Shown here: piece by piece, positions 20,381 to 30,520 of the stretch
Layout: each line of letters begins with the position of its first letter
How positions within the stretch are numbered: position 1 is the stretch's first letter
Assembly: GCA_028242535.1 (NCBI GenBank)
Contig: JAOJYB010000005.1
Location: 992 to 64,991, forward strand
Direction of reading: 5' to 3'
Length of the DNA: 64,000 bases
From: Candidatus Nitrosopelagicus sp.
GTDB lineage: Archaea > Thermoproteota > Nitrososphaeria > Nitrososphaerales > Nitrosopumilaceae
Program-made: the position numbers and the translations under genes
The notes under the pieces: generated by a model
Seen by the model: the letters and a program-made list of their open reading frames with translations, nothing else
Database searches by the model: none
Told to the model about the DNA's origin: nothing

Positions 20381-20947
20381 GTGTCTAACATGTTGCCATC
20401 AATTGAAAGTATCAAACAGCAGCGATTAAAAATTAGCATGACGCAAAAGGAACTCGCTAAGTTAGTAGGAGTTAGTACATCAATGATTAATCAAATAGAA
20501 TCTGGTCGAAGCGCTCCAAGTTATAATACTGCTAAGAAGGTTTTTGAAGTTTTGGCAACTAAAGAAAGCGGATTATCAACTCATAATGCAGGACAATTAT
20601 GTAGTAAAGATATCGTAAAACTCAGACCATCCAACACACTACATGAAGCGATAAAAAAAATGCATGATGCTTCAATTAGTCAAATACCAATATTTGATGG
20701 TTCTGTGCCAGTAGGCGTAATTTCAGATTCAGGAATTGTAGGACACTATGAAAATGGAAACATAGAGATCGCAAAAAAGATCAAAGTTCAAAACATAATG
20801 GAGCCTACCCCACCAGTAGTAGATGTTGACACACCAGCAGCTACTCTTGCTCCACTCATAAAATATTCAAAATGTATTCTTGTTAGAAAGGGCTCAAAAA
20901 TTTTTGGCATCATTACAGCATCAGATACGCTGAAAATGATGGAATGA
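20381..20947 (+). CDS. XRE HTH plus CBS-pair transcriptional regulator
   Basis: TQKELAKLVGVSTSMINQIESG helix-turn-helix followed by two CBS domains. Confidence 0.92.
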   Translation: MSNMLPSIESIKQQRLKISMTQKELAKLVGVSTSMINQIESGRSAPSYNTAKKVFEVLATKESGLSTHNAGQLCSKDIVKLRPSNTLHEAIKKMHDASISQIPIFDGSVPVGVISDSGIVGHYENGNIEIAKKIKVQNIMEPTPPVVDVDTPAATLAPLIKYSKCILVRKGSKIFGIITASDTLKMME

Positions 20948-20948
20948 A

Positions 20949-21851
20949 TTAAAGATACTCAGGTAAAATTTCTTTCCGAATTATTTTTAAGATTTGATAA
21001 ATTGTGATTTTTTGATCTTCGGAAGAATTTCCTAAGATTCTAATTGATACTCCAGAGTCATTTGGCAGAATACTAGACCCGCCAGACATACCTTGAATGT
21101 TAGAAAGCATCTCATTGATTAAATCATTAATTTTGGTAACATGTTTTTTTGTCAATACATATACAGATGTAAAAATTGTTTTATCATCAAACATTGCAAG
21201 CGATTGAGTTTTTTGTGTTTTTGGCATTAAAAGTGATGAATCTCTAAATTGTATTTTTTGATTAATTGCACCTTCAGTTTTTAAATAACATACATCAAAA
21301 TCAAACATCTCCCCCATTGCAATTCTTCCAGGTACAATTGTTTCAGAATAAACAACAGTAGATGAATCATCAATGTCAAGAGTTGTTTTTTGATAAAATC
21401 TTGAATTCTTATAAGGAATGATTTGTTCAGGAATAAATTCCAGATATGAATTATTTTTTAAACTAAGGGTTACCATGTGTGTCGCATAGTTTGATTCCAT
21501 TTTGTAAATTCTAGTTGCACCCTGAGTTGTAATGTGTGATATGGCATTATTTTTTAGCTCAACGTCCATCCTGTAACGATCTCCTTGTAAGATTCCACCT
21601 GAAGGAGATAAAACAAACACATGTGCCATAGAAGGATAATCCAAATCATAATGCAGTGCCTTTTGCACATATAGTGGAACCTGACTTCGTTTACGTGTAA
21701 TGATAGTTTTTTGTTTGTCAGTGTCATTCTGTAACTCTAATTGTAGATAACCAATCTTTCCAGATTTACCCACATTCATTTGCGCAACATCACCATCGTA
21801 TTGTGAAATTTCTTGTGGGATATCAGAAGGAGTGCAGTGTTCTAGGCTCAT
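20949..21851 (-). CDS. ureD: Urease accessory protein UreD
   Basis: SPSGGILQGD, TTQGATRIY, LEFIPEQIIPY, PGRIAMGE. Confidence 0.95.
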   Translation of the reverse strand: MSLEHCTPSDIPQEISQYDGDVAQMNVGKSGKIGYLQLELQNDTDKQKTIITRKRSQVPLYVQKALHYDLDYPSMAHVFVLSPSGGILQGDRYRMDVELKNNAISHITTQGATRIYKMESNYATHMVTLSLKNNSYLEFIPEQIIPYKNSRFYQKTTLDIDDSSTVVYSETIVPGRIAMGEMFDFDVCYLKTEGAINQKIQFRDSSLLMPKTQKTQSLAMFDDKTIFTSVYVLTKKHVTKINDLINEMLSNIQGMSGGSSILPNDSGVSIRILGNSSEDQKITIYQILKIIRKEILPEYL

Positions 21852-22513
21852 GAGTTCACCTGCGTAATCATATTTTTTGGCGGTTCATCAAATAAGACAT
21901 CATGGATTATGTGTTGAGCTACCTGTTCGACTCCTTGATCAGTCTTACAATTTACCAAGATGTATGGCTTATTTTTTCTAACAATTTTTGCATCACGTTC
22001 CATCACATTTAGATCAGCGCCAATTGATGGCGCAAGATCAATTTTGTTAATTACTAAAAGATCACTCGTTTCAATTCCAAGTCCACCTTTTCTAGGATAT
22101 TTGTCGCCGCCAGAAACATCTATAATGTAAATTGTATAATCTGCAAGTGCAGGACTAAAAGTAGTAGTTACATTATCTCCACCACTTTCAATAATTATTA
22201 AATCCAAATCATCGTATTTTGCTTCAATTTCTTCAATTACTGCAAGATTGATTGATGGATCCTCCCTTACAGCAGTATGAGGGCACCCACCAGTTGCAAG
22301 ACCAATCACCATATTTTCAGGAAGTAAACCTTGGTCTGTCGCCAAATTTTTTCGAATTCTGTCAGCATCTTCTTTCGAGATTACATCATTTGATATTATA
22401 CATACACGATAATTTTTTTTTGCAAGAAATGGAACAACCCTTTCAATTAACATACTTTTGCCAGCACCTACAGGACCACCAATGCCTACACGAAGAATTC
22501 TAGTCATAACCAA
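21848..22513 (-). CDS. ureG: Urease accessory GTPase UreG
   Basis: GGPVGAGKS, GGCPHTAVRED, ESGGDN, NKID. Confidence 0.97.
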   Translation of the reverse strand: MVMTRILRVGIGGPVGAGKSMLIERVVPFLAKKNYRVCIISNDVISKEDADRIRKNLATDQGLLPENMVIGLATGGCPHTAVREDPSINLAVIEEIEAKYDDLDLIIIESGGDNVTTTFSPALADYTIYIIDVSGGDKYPRKGGLGIETSDLLVINKIDLAPSIGADLNVMERDAKIVRKNKPYILVNCKTDQGVEQVAQHIIHDVLFDEPPKNMITQVNS

Positions 22514-22524
22514 AAAATTTCTCT

Positions 22525-23223
22525 TTATGTAATAAACATTTTAGAAAATTTGTTTTCATGAGTCATTTGAATAAGGTCATACTGTGGAGAAAATTGCCAA
22601 CAATCATTAATTTTTGTATCTACAAATTTTTCTAGAGTTTGCTGAATTTTTGGTTTAATTTTATGTAAAATTTTTTGGCTTTGGATATGATCAATCATTC
22701 CCAATCTTAATGCAGCGCCAGTAATGCTAACACAAAAACCATACATCATCATCTGTCTTGCCTGTTCTTTTTTTATACCCATTACAAAACTGCACACACC
22801 TGCAACGACAGGATGTGTTCCAGGCGCATTATTTTTAGATATTTTTTCAGAGTATGATTTGAGAAAATTGTCAGAAGATATTGCGACGATGCATTTGAGC
22901 ATTTGTGAGCCTGCCCTACATGATGCCGCACGGGATTCTTGAATTAATTTCATCGAATAAAGAACATCATCACACCTAATTATTCCCGAAATATCTTTAC
23001 TTTTAGCACAGTCATACGCATTTGATAATGCTACAGAATCTGCAGGGCCAAGTTGTTGTTCCAATGTAACTTCAAGAAAATCATAAACATCACCTTCAGA
23101 TGATGCACGTTTTTCATCAAATATTGTTTCAAGCCCATTTGACATTGTATAAAGACCAGAAGGAAAAAAAGAATCTGAAAGCTGCATCAATGTAAGTTCA
23201 GACAAATCAGTGTTCATGAACAT
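22525..23223 (-). CDS. ureF: Urease accessory protein UreF
   Basis: LMQLSDSFFPSGLYTMSNGLE; C-terminal HE...KMF. Confidence 0.95.
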   Translation of the reverse strand: MFMNTDLSELTLMQLSDSFFPSGLYTMSNGLETIFDEKRASSEGDVYDFLEVTLEQQLGPADSVALSNAYDCAKSKDISGIIRCDDVLYSMKLIQESRAASCRAGSQMLKCIVAISSDNFLKSYSEKISKNNAPGTHPVVAGVCSFVMGIKKEQARQMMMYGFCVSITGAALRLGMIDHIQSQKILHKIKPKIQQTLEKFVDTKINDCWQFSPQYDLIQMTHENKFSKMFIT

Positions 23224-23713
23224 TCATTCCTTGATTTGGCACAAAAATTTTATCTTCAACAGTCATTGAAATATGATGGATGATTTCAGAAAATAGTTTC
23301 TCAAATAACTCTACTTCATTTTCATCGTGAATTGGAAATAATACAGAGCCATCAGACGTAATGGATAAGGGACGATGCCTATTTCCTATGATATGACCAA
23401 GTTGTACGCGTATAGAAGAAGAGTGATGATCATCTGATACTTTAACGGATATTATTTTTTCAGGCAATTGATGAGTTATAATTAAATTAGAATTAATTTC
23501 CAATACATCCCCATGATCTAAAGTTGTTCCAGGTTCAAGGGATAGTCCAATTTCAGTTCCATCATCGGTTTTTGTACGTAGCCTAGATTTTTCCATATCA
23601 CTTCTAGACAAAGAGAGTTGTTTTATGGTGCGATTTTGTGTTGCGTTTTCAATTTTTTCCTTTAAATTACTATCACGGTATGCATTACCTAGAATTGAAT
23701 TAATCAGTAACAT
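23207..23713 (-). CDS. ureE: Urease nickel chaperone UreE
   Basis: KSRLR..TDDG.EIG, LGHIIGNRH; short HEH tail. Confidence 0.93.
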   Translation of the reverse strand: MLLINSILGNAYRDSNLKEKIENATQNRTIKQLSLSRSDMEKSRLRTKTDDGTEIGLSLEPGTTLDHGDVLEINSNLIITHQLPEKIISVKVSDDHHSSSIRVQLGHIIGNRHRPLSITSDGSVLFPIHDENEVELFEKLFSEIIHHISMTVEDKIFVPNQGMNVHEH

Positions 23714-23789
23714 GTAGAGTATTGAAATTTGCCAAAGTTAAATTTTTAGACATTTCAATTTTTAAATACATCAAAAATCAAATTTATTC

Positions 23790-24092
23790 ATGTTTTTAAC
23801 ACCAAGAGAGATTGATAAATTACAAATTTTTACCGCAGCGCAAGTTGCAATAAGAAGAAAAGAGAGGGGGGTGAAATTAAACCACCCAGAATCTGTTGCA
23901 ATTATTGCAGACCATATTTTAGAAGGAGCAAGAGACGGAAAATCAGTTTCAGATCTAATGAGTTCTGGCAAAAATGTCTTAACAAAAGAGGATGTTTTGC
24001 CAGGAGTTATAGATATTATTCATACAATTCAAGTTGAAGCCACCTTTAATGACGGAACAAAGCTCGTGACCATTCACGACCCCATTGTGTGA
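23790..24092 (+). CDS. ureA: Urease gamma subunit
   Basis: [37 protein letters not shown]. Confidence 0.97.
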   Translation: MFLTPREIDKLQIFTAAQVAIRRKERGVKLNHPESVAIIADHILEGARDGKSVSDLMSSGKNVLTKEDVLPGVIDIIHTIQVEATFNDGTKLVTIHDPIV

Positions 24093-26221
24093 TAGATATG
24101 ATATCTAGATGGCGTTCCAGAGTACCACATATTGGAGAGTATATGCCTGCAGAAGGAGACATAATTGCCAATGAATCCAAAAAAACATTCAAACTGAATG
24201 TTTCAAACACAGGCGATAGACCAATACAAGTGGGATCACATACACATTTTGCTGAAGCGAATAAGGCCTTAGAATTCGATAGAGAGAAAGCACTTGGATT
24301 TCATCTCAATATTTCTTCTGGCACATCTATTAGATTTGAACCTGGAGAATCAAAACATGTAGAGGTTGTAGAATTTGGCGGAAAGAAAATAATATTTGGA
24401 TTTAGTGGACTGGTAAGTGGAGATTTAGAATCAAAAAGAGAAGATGCAAAAAAGAATATCCATGAAAAAGGTTTCAAGAATGTTTTAGAAAATATAGAAA
24501 ATGAATCAAGTTCACTTGAGATTCCACGAAATAGATATGTAGAATTATTTGGACCTACAACAGGAGATAGAGTCAGATTAGCAGATACTGATTTAGTGAT
24601 GGAGATTGAAAAAGATCTTATCAAATATGGGGATGAGTTAGTATTTGGTGGAGGAAAAAGTGCAAGAGATGGACTTGGTCAAGCAAGTGGAGTCTTACGT
24701 GAAAATTCTGCAGATTTGGTAATCACTAATGCAATGATCATTGATCCAAAACTTGGAATAATTAAAGCCGACATTGGAATTAAGGACGGAAAAATTTTGG
24801 GAGTTGGTAACGCAGGTAATCCAGATGTAATGGATGACATTGATATTGTAGTTTCATCTAATACAGAAATTATTTCAGGAGAACATACAATTTGTACACC
24901 GGGTACAATAGATAGTCATATCCATTTCATATCACCTCAGCAATCAATTGATGCAATTTGTAATGGAACTACTACAATGATTGGTGGTGGTACAGGTCCA
25001 GCAGATGGAACAAATGCAACAACATGTACTCCAGGAGAATTTAACATTCACAAAATGATAGAGGCAGTAGAAGAATTCCCAATGAACTTTGGATTTTTGT
25101 GTAAAGGGAATGATTCAAGAGAAGAATCATTGATGGAGCAAGTAAAGGCAGGAGCATGTGGGCTAAAACTGCATGAAGATTGGGGAACAACTCCAGCCAC
25201 TATAAATTCAGCACTAAATGTGGCAGATAAAACTGACACCCAGGTTGCAATACATACAGATACCCTTAACGAATGTGGCTACGTAGACGATACAATTGCG
25301 GCAATCAATGGTAGAGTAATTCACACATATCATACAGAAGGAGCAGGAGGAGGTCATGCCCCAGATATCATGAAAATAGCATCAGAACCAAACATTTTGC
25401 CGTCATCTACAAACCCTACAAGACCATTTACAACAAATACGCTAGAAGAACATCTGGACATGATGATGGTGTGTCATCACTTGAACCCATCAGTTCCAGA
25501 AGACATTTCATTTGCAGAATCAAGAATTAGAGCCGAAACAATTGCAGCAGAAGACATTCTTCACGATGTGGGAGCAATCAGCATGATGTCTTCAGACAGC
25601 CAAGCAATGGGAAGAGTAGGAGAAGTGACTACAAGAAATTGGCAAACAGCTGATAAGATGAGAAAAATGAAGGGACCATTAACAGAAGACAGTGAAGAAA
25701 ATGACAACTTTAGAATCAAACGCTACATTTCAAAAATTACAATTAATCCTGCAATCACACATGGCATATCAGACTATGTCGGATCATTAGAACCAGGAAA
25801 GATTGCAGACATTGTAGTATGGATGCCACAATTTTTTGGAATAAAACCAAAATTAATCATAAAGGGCGGTTTCATTGCATATGCATTGATGGGAGACCCT
25901 AATGCATCCATTCCAACAACAGAACCAGTCTACTACAGACCAATGTTTGGAGCATTAGGAAAAGCAAAGAAAACTACATCAGTCACATTCACATCACAAC
26001 TTGCACTTGATAATGGCTTGGAAGAAAAAATAAAAATTGAGAAGAAATTACTTGCCGTAAAGAACTGTCGAAATATTGGAAAAAAAGATATGGTGTACAA
26101 TGATGCAACACCAAAAATTGAAATTGATCCTGAAACATACGAAGTAAAGGTTGATGGAGAGATTGCTACAGTAGATCCTGCAACAGAAGTTTCGCTAGGA
26201 CGTCTGTATAGTTTATTCTAG
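24089..26221 (+). CDS. ureC: Urease beta-alpha fusion (UreBC)
   Basis: Beta motifs [12 protein letters not shown] and IRFEPG continue in frame into alpha motifs [40 protein letters not shown]. Confidence 0.96.
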   Translation: MIDMISRWRSRVPHIGEYMPAEGDIIANESKKTFKLNVSNTGDRPIQVGSHTHFAEANKALEFDREKALGFHLNISSGTSIRFEPGESKHVEVVEFGGKKIIFGFSGLVSGDLESKREDAKKNIHEKGFKNVLENIENESSSLEIPRNRYVELFGPTTGDRVRLADTDLVMEIEKDLIKYGDELVFGGGKSARDGLGQASGVLRENSADLVITNAMIIDPKLGIIKADIGIKDGKILGVGNAGNPDVMDDIDIVVSSNTEIISGEHTICTPGTIDSHIHFISPQQSIDAICNGTTTMIGGGTGPADGTNATTCTPGEFNIHKMIEAVEEFPMNFGFLCKGNDSREESLMEQVKAGACGLKLHEDWGTTPATINSALNVADKTDTQVAIHTDTLNECGYVDDTIAAINGRVIHTYHTEGAGGGHAPDIMKIASEPNILPSSTNPTRPFTTNTLEEHLDMMMVCHHLNPSVPEDISFAESRIRAETIAAEDILHDVGAISMMSSDSQAMGRVGEVTTRNWQTADKMRKMKGPLTEDSEENDNFRIKRYISKITINPAITHGISDYVGSLEPGKIADIVVWMPQFFGIKPKLIIKGGFIAYALMGDPNASIPTTEPVYYRPMFGALGKAKKTTSVTFTSQLALDNGLEEKIKIEKKLLAVKNCRNIGKKDMVYNDATPKIEIDPETYEVKVDGEIATVDPATEVSLGRLYSLF

Positions 26222-26718
26222 ACATTACCTAACAGTAATTTTCTATTGTTAATTGTACGTCGTACCAACATAAAGCCAGCAGCTGTTGTAAATGCACCAA
26301 ATAAGATATTTACAATACTCATGTCACCATCAGGATCCTTTGGTCCAGTTAATGTAAAGACCATTCCTAGTACCATCATTACTGCTCCAAGTCCACCAAT
26401 TATGAGCATTGGAATAGGAACCTTTTGTTTCATTTCGCCACGACTTTTGTCAGGCAATACTCCACTGGCAGCTACTTTATGACAAACATCACAAAAGTGC
26501 TTTTGTTTTTTTCCTTGCCATGCTGTGTTTAGGAAGAAAAATTCAGTTTGACACAAATCACATGGTTTCATTGGTAATGTGACTTTACCGTGTTTTTCCC
26601 AATCTTGACCAACTTTTAACATACAAGATTTACAAAAACTTCCAGGAACTCTCCAGAATTTATTGAATTTGTATTTTTTAAGACCAAGAGGAACGCCACA
26701 GCCAGTACAAGATGCCAT
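26218..26718 (-). CDS. Double Cys4 zinc-finger protein with two C-terminal TM helices
   Basis: CTGC..CKSC and CDLC..CDVC followed by two hydrophobic segments. Confidence 0.8.
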   Translation of the reverse strand: MASCTGCGVPLGLKKYKFNKFWRVPGSFCKSCMLKVGQDWEKHGKVTLPMKPCDLCQTEFFFLNTAWQGKKQKHFCDVCHKVAASGVLPDKSRGEMKQKVPIPMLIIGGLGAVMMVLGMVFTLTGPKDPDGDMSIVNILFGAFTTAAGFMLVRRTINNRKLLLGNV

Positions 26719-26809
26719 GTTAAAGCACCATATCTCGCATTAAAAAGAATATTGGAGGAAAACAAATGTTAGATAAAAATGAGTTCATAATGAAAGGGTT
26801 AAGTTCTCT

Positions 26810-28816
26810 CTAAGCAGATGCTTTCTTGCCTGAGAAGACTTTTGCGAATCCACCTCTTGATTCCACGATTGGAAGTCCGATGATGAATGCTGATGCTACA
26901 GTGACCCATGTGATTGCGATTCCGACCCACAATCCGTAGAATCCAAAGTCGAAGACATATCCTGAGAAGTACAAAGGCATTGGCCAGAATATGATAACTA
27001 TCAAAGTGAGTAAGCCTCCACCTTTAAGACTGAACTTGAAGGCTTTCTTTAGTTGTATTTCGTCTAGTTCACGTTTTTCTAACTCTGCTGCTGAATCTAC
27101 ATGCATGTCGTCAGTGACAAGTGACAAGTGTTGGTCCAACTCTTTCCAGTCGTACTTCTTGTTTTGTGCTAGACTAATGACTACACAGATTAATCCAGAT
27201 GATAATATTGCTACAACATTTCCATAAAGCATTGGGAATGCTCCACCAAGTGAGCCGATATCTATAACTCCGCCAGATTCAGCAGATGCTACACTAGTCC
27301 AAGTTAGTAATGATAGCATTACACCGATGATTGCACCGGCAACCGCACCACCGCGAGTTGTTCGGCTCCAAGTAATCGTTAACGCAATCGGGATGACGGC
27401 AGAGCCAATCAATATTCCCATTGCCAAGTATACAAATCCTAAGCTTAATCCCATTCCTAATAGTACGACCGCAAGCATACCCATTCCAAGTCCAAACGCG
27501 ACTATAACACCACGACTCACCTTTAGTAGCTGCTTGCCTGTGGCCTTTGGATTCTTGTAAGTTCGGTAAACATCGTAAGTAATCAAAGAGGATACTGCAA
27601 TTAGTTCAGCAGATCCTGCAGATGTTACAGCCATGAAGAGCATGACTAGTACCAGTACGGCACCTATCTCACCCATTAGCACTGATGCTGCTGCTGGAAC
27701 TACAAGTCCGAGCTGCACCTGTTCAGGTGTGAGCGCCACATCAAGCGCCACCGCCGTCAGTCCCATAGTAGTTGCTAGTGTAAATGGAATTGCAAACCAG
27801 CACATTCCTCCAAGTAAGAAACCCTTTACGGTTGCACTTGGTTGTGCAGCAATTGCACGTTGCCAGTATGCCTGATCAACAAATACAGTTCCAAAGTTTC
27901 CTACAATATTGATAACTCCAAAGATTAAGCCTCCTGCAGAAGCCATTGTTAGGTATGCACCCATTGCATTACCAGGCTCACCCGGTGTGAAAGTTGGCTC
28001 TAAGACAGGATTTAGTGAAGCCGCCTCGACCAGTTTATTATACATTCCTTCAACTCCACCCGTAATTGGGCTGATGAAGAATACCATTGATACGAATGTT
28101 AGAATTACTATAAAGATAATGACCGTATGCATGTAATCTGCCACAAACGTAGCCTTTAGGCCACCAACTAGGGTGTAAATCATGACTCCAACAGGAATCA
28201 ACATTGCTGCTAGAGAGATATCCATTCCAGTTAAGCCGTTTACAACTGCTGCGCCTCCAAGTAGAAGCATACCAGTTACAATCATGTTACATGTTAATGC
28301 AAAACCTAAGAAAACTTTGTGAGTACCAGCACCAAATCGTGCTCTAATAATTTCCAAAAATGTGTGTGCGTTTGGAGCCTTTCGTTTTAGTTCAATTGCA
28401 AGAATTCCGAATAAAAGTACTTGAATTGATGCACCTGCTGCATACCAGAAAGGACCACTTACACCGTAAAGATATGCGACTGTAGAAGATTGTAGTAGTG
28501 TCGCAGCCCATGTCCATGCTGAGACAATTGCTGCTGCTGTTAGACCTGTTTTGATAACTCTTCCTGCAGTGTTAAATGCTTCAGAGCTTTGAACGACTCC
28601 AAGATATTTCTCTTCGAGTTTAATCTCTGCAGAGATAATTCCTGCGAAGACCATTCCAAGACCTACAACGATGAACCAACCAACGGATTCATCTAAAACT
28701 TCACCTAGCTTAAACTCACCACTAATTGCACCTGCGGCATCTGCATCAGGAATTAGACCTAGAGATGCGATCGAGATTGCAAACAACGGTAGCAATATAG
28801 CTAAATTACGTTTCAA
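26810..28816 (-). CDS. dur3: Dur3-type urea active transporter (sodium:solute symporter family)
   Basis: IVSAWTWAATLLQSS, GPFWYAAGA, NFGTVFVDQAYWQRAIAA; start placed at TTG 28816 (uncertain). Confidence 0.93.
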   Translation of the reverse strand: MKRNLAILLPLFAISIASLGLIPDADAAGAISGEFKLGEVLDESVGWFIVVGLGMVFAGIISAEIKLEEKYLGVVQSSEAFNTAGRVIKTGLTAAAIVSAWTWAATLLQSSTVAYLYGVSGPFWYAAGASIQVLLFGILAIELKRKAPNAHTFLEIIRARFGAGTHKVFLGFALTCNMIVTGMLLLGGAAVVNGLTGMDISLAAMLIPVGVMIYTLVGGLKATFVADYMHTVIIFIVILTFVSMVFFISPITGGVEGMYNKLVEAASLNPVLEPTFTPGEPGNAMGAYLTMASAGGLIFGVINIVGNFGTVFVDQAYWQRAIAAQPSATVKGFLLGGMCWFAIPFTLATTMGLTAVALDVALTPEQVQLGLVVPAAASVLMGEIGAVLVLVMLFMAVTSAGSAELIAVSSLITYDVYRTYKNPKATGKQLLKVSRGVIVAFGLGMGMLAVVLLGMGLSLGFVYLAMGILIGSAVIPIALTITWSRTTRGGAVAGAIIGVMLSLLTWTSVASAESGGVIDIGSLGGAFPMLYGNVVAILSSGLICVVISLAQNKKYDWKELDQHLSLVTDDMHVDSAAELEKRELDEIQLKKAFKFSLKGGGLLTLIVIIFWPMPLYFSGYVFDFGFYGLWVGIAITWVTVASAFIIGLPIVESRGGFAKVFSGKKASA

Positions 28817-29145
28817 CAGAATTACGCCAAATAACTGTGATATAAGTAATTCTAGAATTCGCAAATTGTTGAATTATTATATATTGTTATATAGTGCGAA
28901 TTTTTGGCATTTGAAACTATAATTTTAGAAAAATGAGTTTCCAATATGGGGAAAATCAGTTCAGGATTAAAGTCAGTATTTACCAATTTTTAGGTATATT
29001 ATATTTTGAGAAAGCAATAAGCCATACAGCATTCAGGTAACACTTTGGATGTTATGATGTTTTTAGTATGTTCATTAATTGGAAGAAGAATATTAGAAAT
29101 TGAAATTATAACTCAATTTTTAAGATAGTAGAATTTCATTTCTTT

Positions 29146-29709
29146 GTGGAATTAGATACAAATGATTTGAAGGTTTTAGGTGCTGTAAAAAAAGGCCTTA
29201 CAACATTTGGAGGGATAAAAAATGTGATGAATTTGAAAAAAGATGCGCTGGTAAAAATTTTAGACATTTTAGATGAAAGTGAAATGATAAAATCCACGAC
29301 AGGCACAGGACTATTAGGACAGAAAAAATTAATCATTCATCTAACAGATAAAGGAGAACAGAAAATTCAAGAATACCTGGAAGTGTTACGTAAGAAATGG
29401 AGAGAGATGCTTGATTTGGCAATTGCTGGAGAGAGAGACCAACTTGATCAAATGATTAAAGAAAATCCATTCATGGTAAACATGATGGTCTTTTTTAAAG
29501 TGACAGATTTACCGACGTTGAGTAGATTAAATTTAAGATTTCTTTTGGAAGGAAAACATCTTTGTTATAAATGCAAAAAAGAGCTTACACGATTCACGCA
29601 AAGGTTTTCAGTTTCAGCTGTTAGAAAATTTAGATTCAAATTACCACGTGGAATGACTACCAGAGATGATTTATGTGCAGACTGCTTTAACAAACTAACT
29701 AAGCATTAG
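29146..29709 (+). CDS. Winged-helix protein with C-terminal Cys4 zinc finger
   Basis: MarR/PadR-like N-terminus ending LTDKGE; CYKC...CADC. Confidence 0.75.
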   Translation: MELDTNDLKVLGAVKKGLTTFGGIKNVMNLKKDALVKILDILDESEMIKSTTGTGLLGQKKLIIHLTDKGEQKIQEYLEVLRKKWREMLDLAIAGERDQLDQMIKENPFMVNMMVFFKVTDLPTLSRLNLRFLLEGKHLCYKCKKELTRFTQRFSVSAVRKFRFKLPRGMTTRDDLCADCFNKLTKH

Positions 29710-29950
29710 ACATTCGTTTTTTCACAATTTGTAATACAATTCTTGCAATAATTACTATGACTACAATAATTACGGAATAAACCCAGATGTCAGTTAGGTC
29801 TTGTTGTTCTTGTTCTGCTTCATCAAGAGGTGTAGAATCAAACTGAGCACCAGGAGCAAACACATCTTTGTCCATTACCGTTTCAGCAAATGCAGCAGAC
29901 GGTACAATTGTTATCGCTAAAACAAATAATGTAATAAAAAATAGATTCAA
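29699..29950 (-). CDS. Small secreted, C-terminally membrane-anchored protein
   Basis: Signal peptide (AFA), acidic linker, TM helix and basic tail. Confidence 0.65.
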   Translation of the reverse strand: MNLFFITLFVLAITIVPSAAFAETVMDKDVFAPGAQFDSTPLDEAEQEQQDLTDIWVYSVIIVVIVIIARIVLQIVKKRMSNA

Positions 29951-29992
29951 GTAATTTTTTTGTTTATTTGAAGAATTTAATGATTTGCAAAA

Positions 29993-30079
29993 TTAATCAA
30001 AAAAGCCTGTAACAGCTAAAAATAAACCCATAAGACTAAAAATTACTATTACAACACCCATTGTCTGTTTGTCATTCAT
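29993..30079 (-). CDS. 28-aa single-TM micro-protein (not in ORF track)
   Basis: MNDKQTMGVVIVIFSLMGLFLAVTGFFD*; fills the intergenic gap, AT-rich promoter upstream. Confidence 0.5.
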   Translation of the reverse strand: MNDKQTMGVVIVIFSLMGLFLAVTGFFD

Positions 30080-30121
30080 GATTAATCTAAGAAAATGACC
30101 AATTTAATGATTAAGAATTAT

Positions 30122-30520
30122 TTAATTTTCTGGATGTGAACACAACTCTGCCAAAACGCCTTCTAGTGATTTTGGGTGAATGAATGTTACTTTGGTTCCA
30201 GCAGAACCTGGACGCACTTTTCCCAAAAATTGTACACCGCATCCCTCCATGCGTTCAACTTCACCTTCAATGTTGTCTGTTTCCAATGCCATATGATGTA
30301 AGCCTGGACCTTTTTTGTCAAGAAACTTTTTGATTGGACTATCATCTTTGGTTGGCTGTATTAACTCGATTCTGCCATTCTCCATCGGAATTATAGCAAC
30401 CTTTACTCCTTCAGAGTCTACTGTTTCAAACTCAATTTCGTCTATGCCAAGTGCTTTTTGATATACTTTAGCAGATGCCTCCACATCATTTACTGCAATT
30501 GCGATATGATCAATTTTCAT
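30122..30520 (-). CDS. mce: Methylmalonyl-CoA epimerase
   Basis: IDHIAIAV, GLHHMAL, FIHPK..GVLAEL VOC motifs; next to the mutase. Confidence 0.95.
   Translation of the reverse strand: MKIDHIAIAVNDVEASAKVYQKALGIDEIEFETVDSEGVKVAIIPMENGRIELIQPTKDDSPIKKFLDKKGPGLHHMALETDNIEGEVERMEGCGVQFLGKVRPGSAGTKVTFIHPKSLEGVLAELCSHPEN

Noticed and set aside
23721-23759. ATTGAAAT-N23-ATTTCAAT inverted repeat between ureE and ureA
   Set aside because: AT-rich arms with a long spacer are expected by chance at this composition
28930-29080. Short ORFs in the dur3 upstream region
   Set aside because: No recognisable motif or consistent frame
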